From the human T2T-CHM13v2.0 reference genome, Homo sapiens, in the NCBI RefSeq assembly GCF_009914755.1, contig NC_060938.1: a DNA stretch of 64,000 nt. One strand, written 5' to 3'. The position numbers and the translations under genes were made by a program. Below, in pieces: positions 27,039-39,150 of this stretch (position 1 is the stretch's first letter; the number at the start of each line of letters is the position of its first letter). A model generated the notes under the pieces. The model was not told where the DNA came from, made no database searches, and saw only the letters and a program-made list of their open reading frames with translations.

Positions 27039-27954
27039 CCTAACATGGAGGAACTTGCAGTGATAGTAGGAGAGACCAGCACATAAACAGTTCTTAAATG
27101 CTCAGTGCTACAACTGAGATATGTGAAAGGTGCTACTGAGTACAGAGGAGAAAACCTTAGTCCAAGGTCTGGGAAAACTTCCTGAAGTGACCCTTGAGCT
27201 GTGTTTCAACAAATAAGCAAGTGTCATCCAGGCCATAACAGACACAAAACAATTATAAGCAGAAGAACCAGCAGCTGTCCACATCACAGCATGTCAGGGA
27301 TAAAAATAGTGCCTATTGCCTATTAGTCCAGAGACAGAAGATGGTGTATTTAAGTAGCCTGCAATTTATCCTTAGGGAAATAGGGAACCTTTGAAGGATG
27401 CTAGCTGGGGAATAACAAGATAAACTTGCATTTTAGAAAGATCATTCTGGCAGGAATATAAACAATGGAAGTGAATATAAAGAAAAGCCAAGAAGGCCTA
27501 CAGACAAGTTTGAAGTTATTATCAAAGACCCTGGTGAGGCTCTGTCCTAGATCAAGGATAGCTAGGATAAGGAGAAGAGGGAAAAGTAAATATTTAGGAA
27601 GCGATGTTGACCGGTTGGATGGGAAGCTTGAAAGAGAGATGAGAAATCAAGAGTGATTCCAAGTTTCTGGCTTGGATGCGGTGTTAATGGTTGATTGGAT
27701 GATAAGGATGAAGAGATAAGGAATCTAAGATGATTCCAAGTTTCTGGCTTGGATGACCAAGTTGATGGTAATATCATGAACCAGGATAGAAAATATAAGA
27801 GGAGCAGCAAATTTGGATTTGGAAGCTGAAGAAAATGAGTCTTGTTCTGAACATGTTGAAGTGTCCATTGGACATCCAAGTGGAGCTGTCCATCCAGTGG
27901 GCTATTGTATACATAATTCTGCAACTCAGAAGAATCATCAGGGATAAATACTTG

Positions 27955-28254
27955 AGCCAGGTGCAGTGGCTCCTACCTGCCATCCCAACAACTCAGGAGG
28001 CTGGGGTGGGAGGATCACTTGAGGCCAGGAGTTTGAGACCAGCCTGTACAACACAGGGAGAGCCCATCACTACAAAAATAAAAATAAACTAGCTGGGTGT
28101 GATGGTGTGAGCCTGTAATCCCAACAACTCAGGAGGCTGAGGCAGGAGGATCACTTGAGCCCAGGAGTTTGAGGCTGCAGTGAGCTATGATTGTGCCATT
28201 GCACTCCAGCCTCAGTGACAGAGTGAGATTCCATCTCTAAAAAAAAATAAATAA
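27955..28254 (+). mobile_element. Alu (AluJ-type)
   Basis: GGAGGATCACTTGAGCCCAGGAGTTTGAGGCTGCAGTGAGCTATGA; TSD ATAAATACTTG / ATAAATATTTG. Confidence 0.95.
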
Positions 28255-28308
28255 ATAAATATTTGAACATCGTGATCAAAGAGATAATAGTTAAAACCAT
28301 GAGAGTAA

Positions 28309-28593
28309 GCTATCACAAGGACAAAAAACCAAACACCGCATGTTCTCACTTACAGGTGGGAATTGAACAATGAGAACACGTGGACACAGGAAGGGGAACA
28401 TCACACTCCGGAGACTGTTGTGGGGTGGGGGGAGGGGGGAGGGATAGCATTTGGAGATATACCAAATGCTAAATGACGAGTTAATGGGTGCAGCACACCA
28501 GCATGGCACATGTATACATATGTAACAAACCTGCACATTGTGCACATGTACCCTAAAACTTAAAGTATAATAATAATAAAATTAAATTAAATT
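28309..28593 (+). mobile_element. 5'-truncated young L1 (L1PA3-like): ORF2 end plus 3' UTR
   Basis: CAAGGACAAAAAACCAAACACCGCATGTTCTCAC...poly-G tract...GTACCCTAAAACTTAAAGTATAATAA; perfect TSD AAAACCATGAGAGTAA (28293-28308 and 28594-28609) at a TT/AAAA site. Confidence 0.96.
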
Positions 28594-28949
28594 AAAACCA
28601 TGAGAGTAAAAGAAATTAGCCAAGAATGGATAGAAAGATGGATGGATCAATGGAAGGGAAGAAAAGAAATAAGCTAATTAAAATGAGATTATTCTATATT
28701 AGCTAGCTTTAATTTTTGGAAAGTTAGAAAACTTTGTTTTACTTAAAAAAGGATAAAGAAACTGAAGAAAGTGAAGGAGAATAAACTTCAAATAAACGTT
28801 TCCTTGCCAGTAAAGTTATTATTTCTTAAAAGAGCCTTCTACGTTAAGAAAAAAAATATTAAAAAAAATAAAGTGGCTAGTCATTCAAAAAACAAAAAAA
28901 CTTTCTGCTAAGAAAGATGAGGAAATTGGTACTCTCACACTCCCACCCA

Positions 28950-29340
28950 TATTCCCTGATAAGGATTATAACATTAATTCTCTATTCTGTTACCATTTTC
29001 TACTTTTGTTTAGACTTAGTTCTTACATTTACATGAATTGAATGCCCACTACCAGTCTTTTACTGTGACTGTTTCATTCCTGAGTCCTTCACTTTGTCCT
29101 TTATTTTTACCTCTTGTGTGGCTTCATCTTGTCACTAACTTTTTTTCCAAGAAGTGTTTGTACACCCTGTAATTCTTGGGTCAATACATAAGAATGTTTA
29201 CCTGTTATCTTTATATTTGACCAACTCCTTGGCTGGATATAATATTTTTGAGTCACTCTTTTCCTCAGAAATTTGTAGACATTACTTCATTGACTATTGG
29301 CACTGAGCAAAAGTCCAAGGCTAGCCAGATTTTCCCTCTC
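28950..29340 (-). mobile_element. HAL1 or ancient L1 ORF1 fragment
   Basis: TTGAATGCCCACTACCAGTC, TTGGCTGGATATAATATTTTTGAGTCAC, AAGTCCAAGGCTAGCCAGATTTT. Confidence 0.6.
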
Positions 29341-29483
29341 AATAAGTGATTCTCAAAGCCCATGTCTTTAACCAAATGTAGGGGAAAGAAAACTCAATCT
29401 CTCTCAATATGTTTGGCTCCTTGATGGTTTGAGGTGGACAAAACTCTCTGGCAATATTAAACAACATTTAAAAGCTACAAGCA

Positions 29484-29793
29484 GGCCCGGCGTGGTGTCT
29501 CACACCTGTAATCTTAACACTTTAGGAGGCCGATGCGGGCAGATCACTTGAGCCCATGAGTTCAAGACAAGCCTGGGCAACATGCTGAAACCCTGTCTCC
29601 ACAAAAAATACAAAAATTAGCCGGGCATAGTGGCACAGGCCTGTAGTCCTAGCTACTCAGAAAGCTAAGGTGGAAGGATCACTTGAGCCTGGGAGGTTGA
29701 GGTTGCAATGAGCCCTGACCATGCCACTGCACTCCAGCCTGGGTAACAGAATGAGCCTTGATCTCAAAAAAATAAATAAGTAAAAATAAATAA
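29484..29793 (+). mobile_element. Alu (AluJb-like)
   Basis: Both arms; TSD TAAAAGCTACAAGC (29469-29482 and 29794-29807). Confidence 0.96.
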
Positions 29794-29819
29794 TAAAAGC
29801 TACAAGCCCTTCTCTGCCT

Positions 29820-30070
29820 CATTAAATCTTCTCATCCTTCAAGACTCTGCTCAAATGTTCCCCACCACCCTATAAGCCTTTCTCCTCCCTTCTTTCTAGG
29901 CAGAATTAGTATTTTCAAGGAGTAGTTATTCCATTTAGCATTGTAAGTATGCCTGTTTTCCCACTAAATTATAAACAGCTTGAGAGAAGAACCATGTTTT
30001 CTTCATTGTAACCCCAGCATATATCACTCAGCTATTAATAAACATCGTAAGGGTTCAATGTTTCCTGAGT
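29820..30070 (+). mobile_element. L2 3' fragment
   Basis: CATCCTTCAAGACTCTGCTCAAATG...CCCACTAAATTATAAACAGCTTGAG. Confidence 0.65.
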
Positions 30071-30115
30071 AATCTATCCTCACTTTTCCCCCATACATAT
30101 CTGAGGGACTCCTTA

Positions 30116-30304
30116 CAGCAGGTGTGCACAAACATCAGCATGCATCCGAAATACCTGGAGGACTGGCTAAAACACATTGCTACACCCCATCCTCAGAGTT
30201 TCTGATTTAGAAGGTCTGGAGTGGGGCTCAGAAATTTGCATTTCTAACAAGTTCCCAGGTGATACCAATGCTACTGTTCCCAGAATCACACTTTGAAAAC
30301 CATT
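30116..30304. mobile_element. MER5A (hAT-Charlie MITE)
   Basis: CAGAGTTTCTGATTTAGAAGGTCTGGAGTGGGGCTCAGAAATTTGCATTTCTAACAAGTTCCCAGGTGAT...CACACTTTGAAAACCA. Confidence 0.9.
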
Positions 30305-31034
30305 AGAAATAGAAATAGACAGAACGAATCCTTGCAAATGGGAAAATGAGGTTCAGAGGAGGACCTTACATTCGTCTCCAAAAGCATCCACTTCTGAACT
30401 AAGTCCACAAAACTGTAGACTAAGTGATTTCTTATAGCATAAGACTAGAATTAGCCCAAATATTAGAGCATGTGGCCCACGAGAAAAGACATTTCATGAC
30501 GCTTCCCTTAATTTTTCTTTCTTGATTCATCTTATCACTCATGAATAAAGTACCCTCAATCAGTGTTATTTACCATGATTCTCTATTATAACTATTAACT
30601 GTACCCACCTTAATTCAATGGTCAGGTGGGAGTATACATGCAGAGGGAATTCATGTACTTCAAACTCTCCTTCAAAATAAAACAATAATAATAGTCATTT
30701 AAAAATCCATTTCTCTCTCACCCTTATTGTGTTTTCTCAGGCTTTTCATTCTGTCTCCCTGCCTTCTTATTTCCCACACACATGAAACAGTGGTGATTTT
30801 TAACGTCAAGATTTTGCAAACCATCGCCAGGTACACATTCCCCACCACATCATCCTTGCCATTTAGCCGTTCGGTCCCTGGAGAGGATGGTCAGTGGCCC
30901 CAAGGCTTCTACAGCAACTTCTAAGTGGTGATTTTTGTGCTCCTTTCCCTAAAGGGCTTAAACTTCTCGGAGCACTAAATCTCCCCCGGTTTTCTGCGCG
31001 CTATCACGCGCTGCGGTGCACCAAAGTTGCGTTG

Positions 31035-31052
31035 CAGTGCCACCTACAGTCT
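31035..31052 (-). promoter_or_regulatory. CTCF-like motif
   Basis: Minus strand AGACTGTAGGTGGCACTG versus consensus CCASYAGRKGGCRS; the core AGGTGGCAC matches and the 5' end is imperfect. Confidence 0.35.
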
Positions 31053-31901
31053 GCTTCTGATAGAGACCCAGAGCCACCCAATCCAGGGCCCTCTCCACCA
31101 GCTGACCAGTTAAAGCAAAATACAGACATTCTGGATTCAAGTGGACTCTGCCTCTATAAGAAACTGCTCAGTACAAAGTCAAGGAGCCCTCCTATCTGAA
31201 CTTCCATCTGGACCTATGGATTGCTAAACCGTTTGAAATGGTGTCATCAGCTTGGATTCTTGCTTCACATTGTGTTTTTAACTTTGGAAGTTTTAAACAC
31301 CTTCATGGCAAGAGGCCTCCCGTGGTGACAGTATGAGAAGAGGAAAACAGTGGCTGCTGGGCCTTTCCTTTCTGCTTCTTGTGGTTGTGGCAGTGTGTGA
31401 GCTTCGTTAAGATCTGCAGGGTGAAAATCAGCTCGGCCCGGCCAGGGAGCCAGAATGAAATGGAGCGCCTGTGCGCGCATTCGGAAAGCAGCAGCCACAT
31501 TAGGAGCCTAGGGTCCATTCGCTCTCATTTAATGTTTCTTCTCAGGCAGAGAAGTACAGGCATCAAACATCCCGGCCCTTTTATGGCACATAAATCACAG
31601 GTCAGCGCCTTCCACGGAGGCTCCTGCTTGCTAAGTGAGTGGTTACACCAGGAGCAAGGAAGCAACATTTCAGCACACTTAGAGACCCAGGAGGATGAGC
31701 TGATTGCACAGGGCGGAGCCAGGAATTTCTCCCTACAGTTGAATGATTAAAACCTTTCTCCTGCTTGAGAACTGGGACATTGTTTCGAACTTTCCACAGG
31801 CAGCAGCTTGCACCCAGATCTGCCCTGGGTCCCAAGCTGCCATTAACTCCTTTCTCAGAGAGTTGGTTTCCACAGCCCCTACAGAGCAGAGCAGGCTCTG
31901 A

Positions 31902-31919
31902 GACGCCATCTCTTGGCCC
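31902..31919 (-). promoter_or_regulatory. CTCF-like motif
   Basis: Minus strand GGGCCAAGAGATGGCGTC versus CCASYAGRKGGCR. Confidence 0.4.
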
Positions 31920-32443
31920 GCCGCTAATTGAACTAAGGTGAACTTTTTCCTCACTGAATCCACAGAATCTCTGTCTTGATGATTTATGTCAAGAGACTGA
32001 GAAAGCTGGAAGCTAAGCCACGTTAACAGGAGGGCCCTAAGTAAGGGTCCATGAACTTGGCCTGCTGAGGTCCTTGAAACTGCCCTGGCTTCTGCCATTC
32101 CTATGTCTACCACTGTGGCTTTTCTGTGGTTGATGAGTCCTGTACCCAAAACCAACTTGAGAAGATTGGGCTCCTTAGTACCGAAATTGGTAACTAAGAC
32201 ACGCTAAATCTTAGAGAACACACATCAGACTCATGTGGGGATTTCCGCTCACTACCCCACACCATGGGGAAGAATCTCCACAGCCTGCCCTCAGCCCACC
32301 AATGTTCCTGCCCTCCAGCCAAAGGCAGGAGATGGCTACCCCGTGGGGCAGGGGTGCGGACATGGGAAGGCGGTGGAGACCAGTCCACAGACTGCTATCT
32401 ACCCACAATCCATCACTGGTTAGCAACAAGAAAAGCACAGAAA

Positions 32444-33332
32444 CAGTGTTGGGAACTACTATGACAATTTTTCAAAGCAATTTAATATTTATCAAATCTA
32501 ACAATAAAAAATTAGAGCTTGTGTTTTGAATGTTGTTTTCCTTTTCATTTTTCTAGTATTTTATTTCTGTTGTATTTTATGTATTTATCCAAAGGAAAAG
32601 AAATAATTATATTGAAGAAACTCCTGCACCCCCACGTTTATTGCAGCACTGTTCACAATAGCCAAGATACAGAATCAACCCAGGCATCCAACAACAGACG
32701 AGTGGATAAAGAAAATGTGGTACATACACACAATGGAGTACTATTCAGCCATAAAAAAGAATGAAATCAAGTCATTTGCAGCAACATGCATGAAACTGGA
32801 GGACATTGTGTTAAGTGAAATAAGCTAGAGACAGAAAGTTAAATACCACGTTCTCACTCATATGTGGAAACTTCAAAAAAAAAAACGTTGGTAAAGGTAA
32901 AAGTAGCACAGAAGATACAAGAAGCTGGGAAGGGTAGGGGGAAGGGAGGGATAGGAAGAGATTTGTTAAAGGACACAAAATTACAGCCAGATAGGAGGAA
33001 TAAGTTCTAGTGTTCTATACCACCATAGGATGACTGTAGTTAACAATAATATGTCACATAGTTTTAAGTAGCTAGAAGGAGGATATTGAATATTCCCAAC
33101 ACAAAGAAATGACAAATGTTTGGGATGATGGATGTGCTGATTACCCTGATCACTACACTTTATAATACTGGAGCATCACTATGTACCACTGTGAATATGT
33201 ACAATTATTATTTGTCCATTTAAAAATTTTTAAAGTTTTTTCTTTAAAAGATTATCAGTCCACAAGAGATTGGAAATAAAAAACAAAACAACATACGTAA
33301 GTCTTTCATTATGAATAGTTTGAAGTGCACTA
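32444..33332 (-). mobile_element. MER112-like hAT-Charlie element split by an L1MA insertion
   Basis: Flanks 32444-32580 and 33245-33332 (ATCAGTCCACAAGAGATTGGAAA...ATAGTTTGAAGTGCACT) resemble MER112 termini. Confidence 0.45.
32581..33232 (+). mobile_element. L1MA-type (L1MA4/5-like) 3' fragment
   Basis: TTTATTGCAGCACTGTTCACAATAGCCAAG...AAAATTACAGCCAGATAGGAGGAATAAGTTCTAGTGTTCTAT...CCCAACACAAAGAAATGA. Confidence 0.9.
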
Positions 33333-33745
33333 CTTTAAATTCCCCTCTTCACTCTGGCCCAAGCCCCTTGGCCATCCAGCAGGCAGGATCTCAGAGAAGG
33401 CAGGAATGCAGCTGTGCCTTCTCTGCAAGGAAAAGCAATGACTCAAGCAGAGGCAAAGCCTACTGTTCACACCGATGAAGAGAACCCATGCTTGGATCAT
33501 TCAGGCAGAGGCAGGGCCTTGGACTTAAGTCTAATTGCCCCAAACATTCCAATATAGAAAAGATCTTAAGACCCATGGCATCCTGATGGAGTTAAGGACA
33601 AGTATTCCAAGCCAGTCAGGAAGCACTTCCAAGAGCAAATTTTTGGGCTGCATCCAGGGGTGAGTCAAGTGGTCCAACTGAGTTTGGGGGACTTGTAACA
33701 TCTCTAGTCAGTGTTTCTCTATGCCATCTCCCTCAAATACCCCCT

Positions 33746-33785
33746 ACACACATATGCGCACACACACACACACACACACACACAC
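33746..33785. repeat. (CA)n microsatellite
   Basis: Read directly. Confidence 0.95.
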
Positions 33786-34167
33786 TTATTCTTCATCCCT
33801 CCCTGGAGCTTGTCCACTTCTCTGAGCAGCACCAATTTCCTTGCAGCCAGTAGCAAGAGCACAGATGTGGAGAATGCATGGCTCCCACATTTCTTGATAT
33901 AGACTTGAGGTCTTGCCTTATCCTCTCCAAGGAAGAGCTGAGGCCACTGGGAACATGGAGTGGGCCCATAGGCCATGGCAAAGCCTCCCAACTCTAAGTC
34001 CTTTCTGTGTAAGTCCAGAAAATGAAATATTGACATGGAAACATCTTTCAAAAAGAAAAAACATGTGGCTCTTTAATACATGAAAATTTAAAAGTATAAG
34101 GAAAAGAGGAGGAACAAATAAATGGAGAGCAAGGCAGAAAAGGAGGCAGGAAAAGAAGAGGGGATAG

Positions 34168-34277
34168 AGGGCTATAAATTTCATGAGGGCAAAGAACGTG
34201 TCTGTGTCCCAGTGCCAAGCACAGTGCTGGGCACATAATGGCACTCAACTCAGATTCAGTTTGTTGAGTGAATAAAG
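34168..34277 (+). mobile_element. L2 3' terminus
   Basis: CATGAGGGCAAAGAAC...CCCAGTGCCAAGCACAGTGCTGGGCACATAA...TTTGTTGAGTGAATAAA. Confidence 0.75.
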
Positions 34278-34872
34278 AAAAGAAGGAAAAATTGACACAG
34301 GAGCAAGGAGGGAGAAGATGCTCAAGAAGCATGCAGCTGCCCAGATTCCTCCTGGCATTCTACCCGGGATCTCACTGCTGTCCCTCCGGCCCACAGGAGG
34401 AAGCAGGCAGCGGGGAGGGCCTGGCTGCACGGGGCACATGCTGTGGGCAGGGTGGTGGCTGCACATGGGCTCCTTCTCTAAAGCAAGGCTCCTTGTTGGT
34501 CTCCTTCTCTCTTTCTTTTTGATTCCTGAAAAACATTGTTTTAATGCAGGGAAGAGTCATTGATTTCATTTGAAACAATGCCCAACAGGATATGGCGTCT
34601 CAAACAGCTCCTTGGCCCTTGGCAATTGTTGTGTGCAGGTGTTTCATGCAAGTGCCGGGCAGCACGTACAGCACTGAGACCCAGGCAACACTGGGCGTAG
34701 GCCTGGAGAGTGGCCCAGGACACATGGGGCTTATGGCACCAAGCCCTGTGGCGTCTTCTACATTCCAAGAATTCAACTCCTTCCCACATGCCTCCCCCAC
34801 CCCTTGCTAACCTCACTTCCAGCCCCCAGTCTGTAGTATAATAGGAATTGGGTTTTCCCTCTTGTTATTTCT

Positions 34873-34891
34873 TTTTTTTTTTTTCTGAGAC
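34873..34891 (-). mobile_element. Ultra-truncated Alu 3' end (GTCTCAG + A12)
   Basis: Insert T12-CTGAGAC lies between perfect 17-bp direct repeats TCCCTCTTGTTATTTCT (34856-34872 and 34892-34908). Confidence 0.8.
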
Positions 34892-35234
34892 TCCCTCTTG
34901 TTATTTCTGTAACTCATAAGATAAAAACAAACCATAGTCCCAAAGAGAGAAATGTATCTGCACTAAACAGAATGGAAGTAAGGAAGAAGGAAGACTGCTT
35001 GGTAACGACATACAAAAACAGGACGGACTTTAACCAAAAAAGGCAATAACAAACATATGAACACTGATAGAGTAGAACAAAAAGTTTATCAATAAAAATC
35101 AGTGCATATACAAACATATTTTTAATCCAAGCTTCCAAGAGTAAAGTGGAAATAAGGAGTATTGCAGCATGAAGAAGTAACTCCAACCCATAGAACTTTA
35201 CAAGTCGCCCTGGACAGAGTTCAACGGTCTCCAT

Positions 35235-35794
35235 TATGCAGCAATTACACTACCAGCCATATACCCAACAGAAGCGAAAACACATATCTACAGGAAAATT
35301 TTTACATGGATATTTATAGCAACATTATTCACAATAACCAAAAAATTGAAACAACCCAAATTGAAACAATCAGTTGATGAATGGATAAATAACATGTGGT
35401 ATATCCATACAGTGGTATGTTATTTGGCAATAAAAAGGAATGAATACATTGATGTAACAGGATGAAACATGACAAAATTACGCTAAGTGAAAGAAGCCAC
35501 ACACAAAGGATCACATATTGTATGATCCCTTTTTCTTTTTTTTGAAATGTCCAGAATAGACAGATCTATTGAGACAGAAAGTAGATTAGTGTTTGCCTAC
35601 AGCAGGGAGGGGGATGGCAGGATTGGGGGGTGACAGCTAAGGGGATCAGGATTACTTTGGGGGGTAGTACAAAGATTCTAAAATTGACCATAGTGATGGT
35701 TGCTCAGCTCTGTAAATATACTAAAAGCTATTGAAACATATAAACTGGTAAATTGTATGGAATATGTCCATGTAAATAAAAGCATAAAAAAAAA
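35235..35794 (+). mobile_element. L1MB-type 3' fragment
   Basis: ATATTTATAGCAACATTATTCACAATAACC...GAAATGTCCAGAATAGACAGATCTATTGAGACAGAAAGTAGATTAGTG...A-tail. Confidence 0.9.
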
Positions 35795-37365
35795 GGACAG
35801 GTGGTTTCCCAAGCAGAGATAAGAAGGGTGTGGCACGGCCAATGGATTTCACGGACAAGGAAAGGGTAAGGGAAGCATGCTAAGTCTTGTAGTGTCAGGA
35901 GTGATTTTGTCACTCCTTTTTATCCTCACTGACTCTAAGTCTCTGCTCCAAGACTTCACCAAGAGGGTCCTAGAAAAGAACCCCTCTCTTTTCCCCCTGT
36001 GTTTTCATAATGTAAATGACTGATAAGTGCTTAAAGTGTTACCCTTTCAGAGATATTTCTATCTTCAGATCATAATCATAGGAATGTAGAATATTTGAGC
36101 CTTAGGAACAATCTCATCTGCTGGATTTTTGTGTACTCTCTGGAGCCCTTTCAGGGCTGTAAAGTTGGAGCCAAGAAGGGAAGGGCTGTGGGCAGTCATA
36201 CATTTTAGAAAAACACCCTCTCTGGGTGGTTAAATAACATTTTGAGGGTTTAAAAGATAGAAACTCTTAGCCATCCAGAATGAATAAATTATCAAGAACA
36301 ATTCAGCCCTGAAGTTTTTGAAGAATTGACATTTGACTGCTTTTCCCATGAAAGGCACCATGAGGCCCACATTCCCCATCATGAGTTCCAGAGAGCCACT
36401 CACAGGCTTCTAGCACATATGACAGCTGCCCTCTTCCACATCTGGACATTACCCCAGACCCTTCTCTAGGCCCTGCCTGATGTGACATCCCCTCCAATGT
36501 GCTACCATCCTGTCCAAGGCACCAGTGGCTGACCCAGGACAATAAATGGCCCAGACCAAACTTGTGCCCCAGCACACAGGTCACTAGGAAAGCCTTCTAA
36601 ATCAGGCCCTGGATGAGCCTGTCTCCAGTGCATGATTGATTGGTAACAACTTGTTCCCATCAATAGGCCAAAAATAGTCCAGAAGAAAAATATGGTTACA
36701 TTTGTCCATCACACCAGCCACATTTTCTTACCCACACACAAAAAATAATGGCACAGTGGAATCTCCTGACCTCCAACCAAAGGCTGAAACTAGTGCATGA
36801 TGATGGCTGCTGTAAACTACATAAAACTCTACCCAGAAAACTATCAGGATTCCTTGTACTCCACTAAGCCCGAAACAATCAACTTGACCAAGGTAGCATC
36901 AAAAGCCCCAGAGGGTCAGCACCTGGAAGGTCTGTGATTTCTATTTACACTTTTTATTTGAATTCTCTCTCACCCATAGCCCAATTACTGTCCAGCCCTT
37001 TCCCTGAGCCTGCCTTACTAAAATCTATTACTGGTAACTCAATGTGTAGCAAAGGCATAAATGCTTCAAAAAATTGATGTTAGGTAATAAGTGAATGAAT
37101 TAATGATTTCAGAAGTCAAATAGCTTTGAAATGAAGAATATTTTCATTTAGTCATCCCTATTTTTATATTTCTCAACTTATCAACTTATTCAGGACCCTC
37201 TTAAAGTGAACATAGTCCCAGATTCATAGGGCTTGGAAGGGACCATAGATACTACTCACTCTAATTTTAAATTCTTGCACAGCCAGTGTCCCAGAGGCCA
37301 TGTGAGGGCACAGGCAAGAGGCCAAGTGGAAAGGCACCTGAGGTCCCCGTTCCCATTTTGGTTAC

Positions 37366-38231
37366 TACATTAGGATAAGGCTAGCTGCTATAGTAAATAA
37401 ACCACAACATTTCAGTGGCTTAGCAACACAGAATTTTATTTTTTATTCCTATAATAGTTTGATGTCGGTGGTGTTTCTAGCCTGCTGGTGGCCCTTTGCC
37501 TTCTTCTGCCATGTTCCACCATACCTACGGCCCCAGCCAGGAGACAGGAAGGGAGACTAGAGGGAGCACATCTGCTTCTTTACCATCTTGGCCTATATAT
37601 TGGTCAGGGTCTTATCAGGAAAACAAAGCCCAGCCACATAATCCATTAGAGGCAATTTCATATGGATAATAGCAAGAACCAAAAAGCCAGATAGAGGAGG
37701 TGAAGCAATCCAGAGATTCAGCAGAAAGCTGCTCCCACTCGTAGCTCACTCATGACTTACTCCTCTGAACCAGAGAGGGCTGCTGGGCAACTGAGACGAT
37801 GAAAGAAGGGGCTGTTACTTAAGAGCTGAGACCACAAAGATGTCACCAGAAGCAAAGAGATCAAAGCTAAAATATCCTAGCTTCTCCCTTCCTCCCTTCC
37901 TCCAGTCTCCGGCCAACCCACCCACTGGCCAAACCTAGCCAAAGCTAGGGAAGGAAGCCTGGAAAATTGTGGTTGGCAGGGACAGATTCCCTACAGAATG
38001 AGCAGAGCAGGTGATGGGCAAGGAAAAGGATCTGAGGGCAAATGACAAACACGATCTGTAGGTGACACACATCGCCTTGTTCACATTTCATCTGTAAGGA
38101 TTTGTTACAGAATCACACAGAAAAGCAAGGGGTGCTAGGGAATGTAATCCTTGGCTGGGAAGCTTCTTCGCAGGCACATCATGGAAGGAGGAGCGCAAAC
38201 TTTTAGTGGACGGTGAGCCATCTCTGCCACA
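37366..38231 (-). mobile_element. MLT1-type MaLR LTR interrupted by a second LTR
   Basis: TTAGGATAAGGCTAGCTGCTATA...TTCAGTGGCTTAG at the left end, CTCTGCCACA terminus at the right end. Confidence 0.7.
37594..38051 (-). mobile_element. LTR33-family ERVL LTR nested in MLT1
   Basis: TATATTGGTCAGGGTC start; AATATCCTAGCTTCTCCCTTCCTCC...CCCACTGGCCAAACCTAGCC...GGATCTGAGGGCAAA. Confidence 0.6.
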
Positions 38232-38999
38232 GTTGGGTTTTAATAGATTTTCAATCCACCCAGCAGCTCCATTTTCACATGAAGCTGGGGAGGGACAGAC
38301 CATGGTAATTAATTAATTAATTAAAATAGAAAGCCCCTGATGGCTCTCTAGACAGCATGGTTGTTTCTCCCTCCTCATCCCATATCTTAGACTGGTGACT
38401 GCTGGGAAGAGGAGGAGAAGTTGACAGCAACTGTTTGGTGCTCCTGAGAGGAAGGGGCTTCCTATAGGTACAAGAGTCCTGGCTCCTTAAGTGAACTGTT
38501 GATGACATGATGCTGTCATGAACTTTGGGGTGAACTGGGTGAATTTGAAAGCATGAAAGAATTGGTCAACAAGACAGATCTGGTTTCTGCCTTCATGGAG
38601 CTAATGCCTCTATTAGGAGTTGAACACTAAGTGCTATGCAGAAAAGACATGGAGCTCTAGGACGAAGGATAACAGATGGGTTTGCTCTGGGTACGCTCAG
38701 TCCTCCAGCTTATACTTCAGCTCCAAACATTTATTTTTAGGTCAGGCTTCCTCTGCCATCATCTTAAAGGTATGCTTACATTCTTAGTCTCTATATTTAT
38801 ATTCCAACCAATGCAGATGGCTTCTCACTCTTTAATCTTCAAACACAACAAACCATTCGTATCAACTATTTCTGCTGCACTCCTGACCTCCAAGTAGGTA
38901 GGCTGAGGCGTCTCTCCACATCAGCCAGAGCAGCTCTGCTTGGACCTGTTTTATATATTGGGTTATTTATCTAATTTGAATGAAAAGTTCACAAGCTGT

Positions 39000-39150
39000 G
39001 TGTCTAGCTTCATTCTCCCTTTTACATATGAGAAAGTGGAAGTCCAGTGAGACAAGGAGTTTTGCCCAAGACTGCATATAGCTCATGTGTCATGGAGACA
39101 GGCCTAGAATTCAGGGTCCAAACCCCAACACAATGTCCTTTCTACTATTC
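39000..39150 (-). mobile_element. MIR fragment
   Basis: CCCTTTTACATATGAGAAAGTGGAAG...TTGCCCAAG...CTAGAATTCAGG. Confidence 0.7.

Larger units (their letters stand above)
26920..28308 (-). mobile_element. L2 fragment interrupted by (CA)n, AluJ and L1PA
   Basis: CCTACTATGTGCCATG, TTGCATTTTAGAAAGATCATTCTGGC, TGATTCCAAGTTTCTGGCTTGG, GAACATGTTGAAGTGTCC..GGACATCCAAGTGGAG. Confidence 0.85.
30780..32400. promoter_or_regulatory. Repeat-free, CpG-enriched candidate enhancer or weak promoter
   Basis: Local CpG clusters (30985-31030, 31430-31485, 31900-31925), GC box GGGCGGAGC at 31711, NF-kB-type GGGGATTTCC at 32237-32246, two CTCF-like motifs. Confidence 0.45.
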
